Source of the DNA: Planctomycetota bacterium
Lineage (GTDB): Bacteria > Planctomycetota > UBA11346
Assembly (NCBI GenBank): GCA_038231435.1
Contig: JBBRLJ010000023.1
Coordinates: 1 to 64,000, forward strand
Direction of reading: 5' to 3'
DNA length: 64,000 nt
The notes under the pieces are model-generated. The model had not been told where the DNA came from, did not search any database, and was given only the letters and a program-made list of their open reading frames with translations. Position numbers and translations under genes: made by a program. Numbering within the stretch: position 1 is the first letter of the stretch; each line of letters opens with the position of its first letter. This document shows, piece by piece, positions 58,971 through 64,000 of the stretch.

Positions 58971-60035
58971 ATGTTCGTCGCGCTGCTCGTATCCATTGGC
59001 GCGGCATTCGTGCTCAGCCTCGCCGGCACGCGCCTGGCGATGGCGCTCGCCGGGCGCATGGCGTTCGTCGACCAGCCCGGACTCGAAGCCCACAAGCAGC
59101 AGGCGCATGCGGTGCCCTACGGCGGCGGTCTGGCGATGGGCGTCGCGCTCGCCGTCGGCCTGGTGACCTGCCATTATCTCGAGCTGTTCCTGCCCGCCGG
59201 TCTGCCCGGCATGGACGAGATCCTCGACCACGCCCACATCATGCCCATCTATGTGGGCGCCGTCGTGCTGCTCTTCACCGGCCTGTACGACGACCACCGC
59301 CCGATGCGTGCCTGGATGAAGCTCGGGATCCAGGCCGCGGTCGCGGCGGCGGTGATCCCGGCCGCGGATCTGCAGATCGACTCGCTGCAGCACCATCCCT
59401 GGCTGGCCTACGGCCTGTCGTGGCTGTGGATGGTGCTCATCACCAACGCCTTCAACCTGCTCGACCACGCCGATGGCCTGTCCGCCAGCGTCGCGCTGGT
59501 GAGCATCACCGTGCTGCTCAGCGGCAGCCTGATGGACGGCGACCTGCAGCTCGCGGCGCTGTGGATGGTGCTGATCGCGGTGCTGCTCGGATTCCTGGTT
59601 TGGAACCTGCCGCCCGCGCGGGTGTACATGGGCGATGCCGGTTCGCTGCCGCTCGGGTTCCTGGTCGCCGCCGGGACCTTGTCGGTGACCTTCTGGCCCA
59701 GCGGCGCAGGCGGCAGCCCGCTGGCGGTGTTCTCGCCGCTGATCATCACCGCCATCCCGCTCTTCGACGCGACCGCGGTGGTGATCAAGCGCATCGCCAA
59801 TCGCCGTCCGATCATGGTCGGGGATCGCAACCACATCAGCCATCGCCTGACCCGTCTCGGCTATTCGGCCGGGACCTCGCTGGCGGTGGTGGTGGCGCTG
59901 CAGGTGTCGCTGTCCGCCAGCGCGCTGCTCCTGCGCCTCGGGGATCCGGTGGTGGGCATCGTGGTGCTCGCGCAGGTGGCCGGCATCCTCATCGCCGTGG
60001 TGCTCCTGGAAACGGTACGCGACAAGCATGCGTGA
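58971..60035 (+). CDS. MraY/WecA-family undecaprenyl-phosphate GlcNAc-1-P transferase
   Basis: PYGGGLA, GLYDD, NAFNLLDHADGL, YMGDAGS, DRNHISHRL. Confidence 0.92.
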   Translation: MFVALLVSIGAAFVLSLAGTRLAMALAGRMAFVDQPGLEAHKQQAHAVPYGGGLAMGVALAVGLVTCHYLELFLPAGLPGMDEILDHAHIMPIYVGAVVLLFTGLYDDHRPMRAWMKLGIQAAVAAAVIPAADLQIDSLQHHPWLAYGLSWLWMVLITNAFNLLDHADGLSASVALVSITVLLSGSLMDGDLQLAALWMVLIAVLLGFLVWNLPPARVYMGDAGSLPLGFLVAAGTLSVTFWPSGAGGSPLAVFSPLIITAIPLFDATAVVIKRIANRRPIMVGDRNHISHRLTRLGYSAGTSLAVVVALQVSLSASALLLRLGDPVVGIVVLAQVAGILIAVVLLETVRDKHA

Positions 60036-62211
60036 GCTCGATAGCGCGGTCGCGCGGGAGCGTCTGCCGCTGATCGCCGGCCCGGTACACGCTACGCTGC
60101 TCGCACTGCTGATCGTACTGCGTCCGCTGGTGTGGGACGGCAACGCCGCATGGCTGCCGAACCTCGCCTACCTGCTGCTGGTGGTGCTGGCGCTCGCCAC
60201 GCTGCTGGTCGAGGGCTGGGTGGACACGCGCCGCGCCTGGCGCTGGAGCGTCAATGGAGCGCTGTTCGCCGCTCTGCTGCTGGTGCTGCTGCCCGCCGCC
60301 CTGCGCTCGCCGTTGCCGGTCGAGGGCTGGTCGCTGTGGGGCATGGCGTTCATCCATCTCGGCCTCGCCGCGTACCTGATGCAGGTGGTGCCGGGCCGTG
60401 AGCGCCTGGCCCTGGCGGCGCTCGGAGCTGGCCTGGCTGGAGAGACCATCATCTGCCTCGGCCAATACGCCTTCGTGCTGCCGGGCATGGCGGCGGCGCA
60501 GGCGCGCGGCGAATTCGCCGGCGCGATCGGCCCGGGCCAACAGGGCATCCTGGCCGAGCGCATCGCCAACGGCGGCCTGTTCGGGACCTTCACCTTGTCG
60601 AACACGTTGGCGGCGTTCCTGCTGCTCGCGGTGCCGCCGCTGATCGGCTCGGCGTTCGATGCGCGCGGCTCGCGACCAGCACGAACCCTGGCCTGGATGG
60701 TCGCCGGGTTCTCGGTGCTGGTGTTCGCGCTCACCGGCAGCAAGGGCGCGGTCATCGCCTTGGGCGCGGCCATCGCCCTGCAGTGGTGGTGGCGCCACCA
60801 GGGCGTGAGGCGCTGGGTGCCGGTGGCGTTCGCCGTGGTGGTTGCGGTCGCCGCTCTGAATCATCCGGGGCTGCGCCACGGCCTGCACGACAGCGCCGAG
60901 GTGCGCGTGGGCTACTGGCGCGGCGCGATCGAGCTGGTGCGCGAAGCGCCGGTGTCCGGACACGGACTGGAATCGTTCCGCGAGCATGCGCCGCGCGTGC
61001 TGCAGCCGTGGGCCGAGTACAGCGTGCATGTCCATGACGAACCACTCGAGGCCGCGGTGGACGGAGGCGTCATCGCCGGAGGCCTGCTGCTGATCCTGCT
61101 CGCGCGACTGGCCTGGGTGCCGCGCGCGCGCGCGCGCGCGGGAGTCGAGCTCGAGCTGTCGCCGACGACCACGGGCATCCCCATCGATGGTCCGTATCCG
61201 TCAACCGCCATCGGCGCGGTCGCGCTCGCCGTGGGCGTGGCGTACTGGAGCATGCTCGGGACACTTCATGACAACCTCTCATGGTGGCCGGGCGGCGCGG
61301 GCATGCTGGGTGAATGGGGTCTCGGCGCGGTGCTCGGCGCCGTTCTCGGCGGCGTCTTCATGGTGCTGTCGCGGCTCGAGGCGCCGCCGGCATGGAGCGT
61401 CAGCCTGGGACTGATGGCGTTGGCACTGCACGCACTGCTCGATTTCGATCTGCACAGCTCGGCGGTCTGGGGAACCGTCATGGTACTCGCCGTGCTCTCG
61501 CCGAGCGCATCACGCATTGTGTCGCCCGCTGGCCGAGCGCGCGTCGCGCTGCTGTGCGTCTGCACGCTCGCGGTAGCGGCAGCGCTGGCGCTGTGGCTCG
61601 GCGGGGTGGTCCGCGCGGCAACTCTGCGAGACGCGCGTCAGATCGAGGAGTACGCGCGCATGCTCAGGACACAGGGGGCCTTGACCGGTGACGAATCCGA
61701 GCGCGTGCTCACGGCCTTGACCGAGACCGCCGGCGAACCGCTTCCGCTCCCTGGCGATGCGCAGCGCAAGGCCGACCGCAACCGTATCATCGCTGCGTGC
61801 TTGGCGGATGGCGTCCGCCTGGCTGGCGATGACCACCAGCTGGCCACCCAGCTGCTCGCTCTGCTGCCCGCGGGCGCCGCTCGCGAACCCGCCACCCGCG
61901 CGCTCCGCGCGCGCCGCCCGAACAGCTCGCTGGCCGAGGCGATGCTGGCGCAGGACTGTCAGGCGCTGGCGCTAGAGAGCAGCGGAGACCGATCGCGGGC
62001 GCACTGGCACGACGCCCTCGACCAGGCCCGCATCGCGCTGGCGCTCGCACCATCGAACCTGCGTCCGCGCAAGGCGCTGGCCGATCTCTGCGCCGACGCC
62101 GCGAACCATCTCCCGGACGAAGCCGAGGCGCTCCGCCGCGAGGAGAAGAAGCAGCGGGATCTCATCGAAGCCATGACGCCGATCGTGCACTTCGGCAATC
62201 GCCTCGAATGA
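60028..62211 (+). CDS. O-antigen ligase (WaaL/Wzy_C) family protein with helical C-terminus
   Basis: Many TMs; GTFTLSN, TGSKG, R.GYW...P..GHG..F, HVHD. Confidence 0.82.
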   Translation: MRELDSAVARERLPLIAGPVHATLLALLIVLRPLVWDGNAAWLPNLAYLLLVVLALATLLVEGWVDTRRAWRWSVNGALFAALLLVLLPAALRSPLPVEGWSLWGMAFIHLGLAAYLMQVVPGRERLALAALGAGLAGETIICLGQYAFVLPGMAAAQARGEFAGAIGPGQQGILAERIANGGLFGTFTLSNTLAAFLLLAVPPLIGSAFDARGSRPARTLAWMVAGFSVLVFALTGSKGAVIALGAAIALQWWWRHQGVRRWVPVAFAVVVAVAALNHPGLRHGLHDSAEVRVGYWRGAIELVREAPVSGHGLESFREHAPRVLQPWAEYSVHVHDEPLEAAVDGGVIAGGLLLILLARLAWVPRARARAGVELELSPTTTGIPIDGPYPSTAIGAVALAVGVAYWSMLGTLHDNLSWWPGGAGMLGEWGLGAVLGAVLGGVFMVLSRLEAPPAWSVSLGLMALALHALLDFDLHSSAVWGTVMVLAVLSPSASRIVSPAGRARVALLCVCTLAVAAALALWLGGVVRAATLRDARQIEEYARMLRTQGALTGDESERVLTALTETAGEPLPLPGDAQRKADRNRIIAACLADGVRLAGDDHQLATQLLALLPAGAAREPATRALRARRPNSSLAEAMLAQDCQALALESSGDRSRAHWHDALDQARIALALAPSNLRPRKALADLCADAANHLPDEAEALRREEKKQRDLIEAMTPIVHFGNRLE

Positions 62212-62264
62212 CCTAGGCATGCGGCTTGCGGCGAAACGACCGCCTCCGACCGCGATCCGCTCCG

Positions 62265-62292
62265 TGCTATCTGCTATCTGCTTTCTGCTCTC
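62265..62292 (+). repeat. Heptamer tandem tract (TGCTATC x2, TGCTTTC, TGCTCTC)
   Basis: Read directly; lies between convergent genes. Confidence 0.7.
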
Positions 62293-62314
62293 TCACGCCA
62301 TCCCCGCCGCACGC

Positions 62315-63454
62315 CTATTTGACGTACTGCTCCCACTCCCACGCCTGCAGCCGCGCGCGATGTCCGGCGAGCGTCGTCCACGGGCTGCTCGGTCCTCCGG
62401 CTCCCGCGGCGGCCGCGGGATTCATGCGCAGCAGCAGGTTCAGGAGCGCATGGCGCACCACCGGATCCTGATCCTTCGCGGCGCGCGCGGCCAGCGAGGC
62501 GGTGGGCACGGTCGCCTGCCACGAGACGTTCACCGCCAGTGCGGTGGCGGCGGCGGCGGCGATCTCGCGCGTGCCGTCGACGGCGATCTCGACCAGGGCC
62601 TTGGCCAGTTCCGGATCGATGTCGGCGCCAAGTCGGGAGCTGGCCAGCACCAGGCCTTCGCGGCCTTCGTCGTCGAGCTCGCCGCGCCGGCGTTCGTCGA
62701 CCAGGCGCAGGATGGCGGGCTTGAGCAGATCTGGCGAGGAGCCGTGCGGCATGCTGGTGATGCCGTGGTTGCGCTCGGCGCGGGTGGCGCGCAGCAGCGC
62801 CCATTCGAGCACCTGGCGCGCCGGCGGCGAATCCGCGCCGCAGGTATCGATCAGGAATGACAGCGCGTTCTGACGGATGCTGGGCGTGTCGGCGCCGGGC
62901 AGGTGGTCGGGCATGCGCGGATCACCCAGGCGCAAGGCGATCGCCGGAGTGGACTCCGGCTTGATCAGCCACAGGTCGATGAGCGCCGACTTGATCAGGC
63001 CGGGTTCGCTCTCGGTGGCGATGAAATGCATCAGCACATCGACCAGGGCGGGATCACGCGTCCAACGGATCTCGCGCAGGATCGCCGAGCGGGTTTCACT
63101 ATCAGCGACCTTCCAGCGACGTTCGTTGGTGGTGTCGGTGACGCGGCGCGTCCAGGGTTCGCCGGTGTAGAGCAGCCGCGCGGCGAGTAGCGTGGGGGCC
63201 TTCTCGGGGACGCGCCAGGTCAGGTAGGTGATCTGGCGCGAGATCCACGACGGGTACGGCTCGAACAGCGCCTGCCAGCGTGATTTCGCGCCGCTGTCGG
63301 CGAGCAGCAGCGAGTGCGGATTCTCGACTGCTGGATAGTCGATGGTCGCGGCCGTGGCCACGCCCGACGGCGACCAAACCGCTGCTGACAGCAGCACGGC
63401 CGGCAGCGCGCGCACTGCTCTGATCCGCTTCCCGAAGCAAGCGCGCCGCGTCAT
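62315..63454 (-). CDS. Exported HEAT-like repeat hypothetical protein
   Basis: Signal-like N-terminus, helical repeats (DPVVRHALL); start overlaps the upstream stop. Confidence 0.7.
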   Translation of the reverse strand: MTRRACFGKRIRAVRALPAVLLSAAVWSPSGVATAATIDYPAVENPHSLLLADSGAKSRWQALFEPYPSWISRQITYLTWRVPEKAPTLLAARLLYTGEPWTRRVTDTTNERRWKVADSETRSAILREIRWTRDPALVDVLMHFIATESEPGLIKSALIDLWLIKPESTPAIALRLGDPRMPDHLPGADTPSIRQNALSFLIDTCGADSPPARQVLEWALLRATRAERNHGITSMPHGSSPDLLKPAILRLVDERRRGELDDEGREGLVLASSRLGADIDPELAKALVEIAVDGTREIAAAAATALAVNVSWQATVPTASLAARAAKDQDPVVRHALLNLLLRMNPAAAAGAGGPSSPWTTLAGHRARLQAWEWEQYVK

Positions 63455-64000
63455 TTCGGCGCCTCGATCCACGCCGGCGAGAATCCGGGGTAGGCCTTGG
63501 CGAGACCAGAGAGCACCATCGGATCGGGGGTCTGGTAGGGGCCGACCAGCACCCCGAGCCGGTTCTCGGCGAGATCCTTGAGGTAGGCGGGGTAGCCGGC
63601 GGCGATCACCTGGCGCTTGAGCGACTCGGCCTGCGCGCGCTCGCGCGGCGAGCCGCTCGCGAGGCGCACGCACCACGCTCGTTCGACCGCGGGCGCGGGG
63701 CGGAGGATGGCGTCGGAGAGGCGATCGGCGAGCGCGCGCAGCTGCGGCAGCCCGATGGCCGCCGTGCGCAGGCGCTCGGCCACCGCGGCCGAGCGGTCGT
63801 GGTTGTCGCTGCGCAGCAGCTCCTGCGCGTCCGCGCTGGCGAGCACCGCTTCGCGCAGGTGGCGGGGATCCTCGTCGGTGTGGCCGATGGCGCCATCGAG
63901 CTTGAGGGACATCTCGATCAGGTAGCGGTGGGCGCCGTCGTCGCGCTCGACTCCGGCGATCAGCTTGATCGTCGCGTCGTCGACCACGCCCTTCGCGGTA
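63451..64000 (-). CDS. Partial protein with C-terminal SPOR-like domain (5' end outside the window)
   Basis: WCVRLAS...AESL...GYPAYL...VLVGPY pattern; frame open to the window edge. Confidence 0.6.
   Translation of the reverse strand, partial: TAKGVVDDATIKLIAGVERDDGAHRYLIEMSLKLDGAIGHTDEDPRHLREAVLASADAQELLRSDNHDRSAAVAERLRTAAIGLPQLRALADRLSDAILRPAPAVERAWCVRLASGSPRERAQAESLKRQVIAAGYPAYLKDLAENRLGVLVGPYQTPDPMVLSGLAKAYPGFSPAWIEAPK

Overview
GC-rich bacterial chromosomal window. The gene style (HEAT-repeat, PEGA and lipoprotein genes, a membrane Ser/Thr kinase, a YdjY-like gene) suggests Planctomycetota/PVC; this is inference. It carries mostly housekeeping and envelope genes: radA, argG, pyrD, pilT/pilB, bshA, mog, dnaX, rsmG, ispE, rimO, alaA, pgi, xylA/xylB, ppa, a WecA-like transferase and an O-antigen ligase. 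I saw no rRNA, tRNA, CRISPR array, integrase or transposase. The most unusual signals are non-coding or recoding. (1) A dispersed ~110-180 nt structured repeat family (at least 8 copies or fragments) has stems that covary around an invariant TTTGTC/TCGGC core. (2) Intergenic fold-back elements are built from 7-8 nt periodic arms with a different motif at each site; one sits in the structured leader of a four-helix-bundle (Avd/IVS-like) gene. (3) dnaX is split into overlapping 0 and -1 frames with a hairpin at the stop, a candidate programmed -1 frameshift. Unusual proteins: a HEAT/pseudo-receiver + coiled-coil + micro-membrane-protein operon, a stand-alone FAS-I-type ketoreductase, a divergent HisG-like protein, a stand-alone MshEN-type protein, a plant-cytosolic-like PGI, a PPase with a basic tail, and two small ORFs missing from the ORF track. 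All protein calls are motif recognition by eye, not database results.
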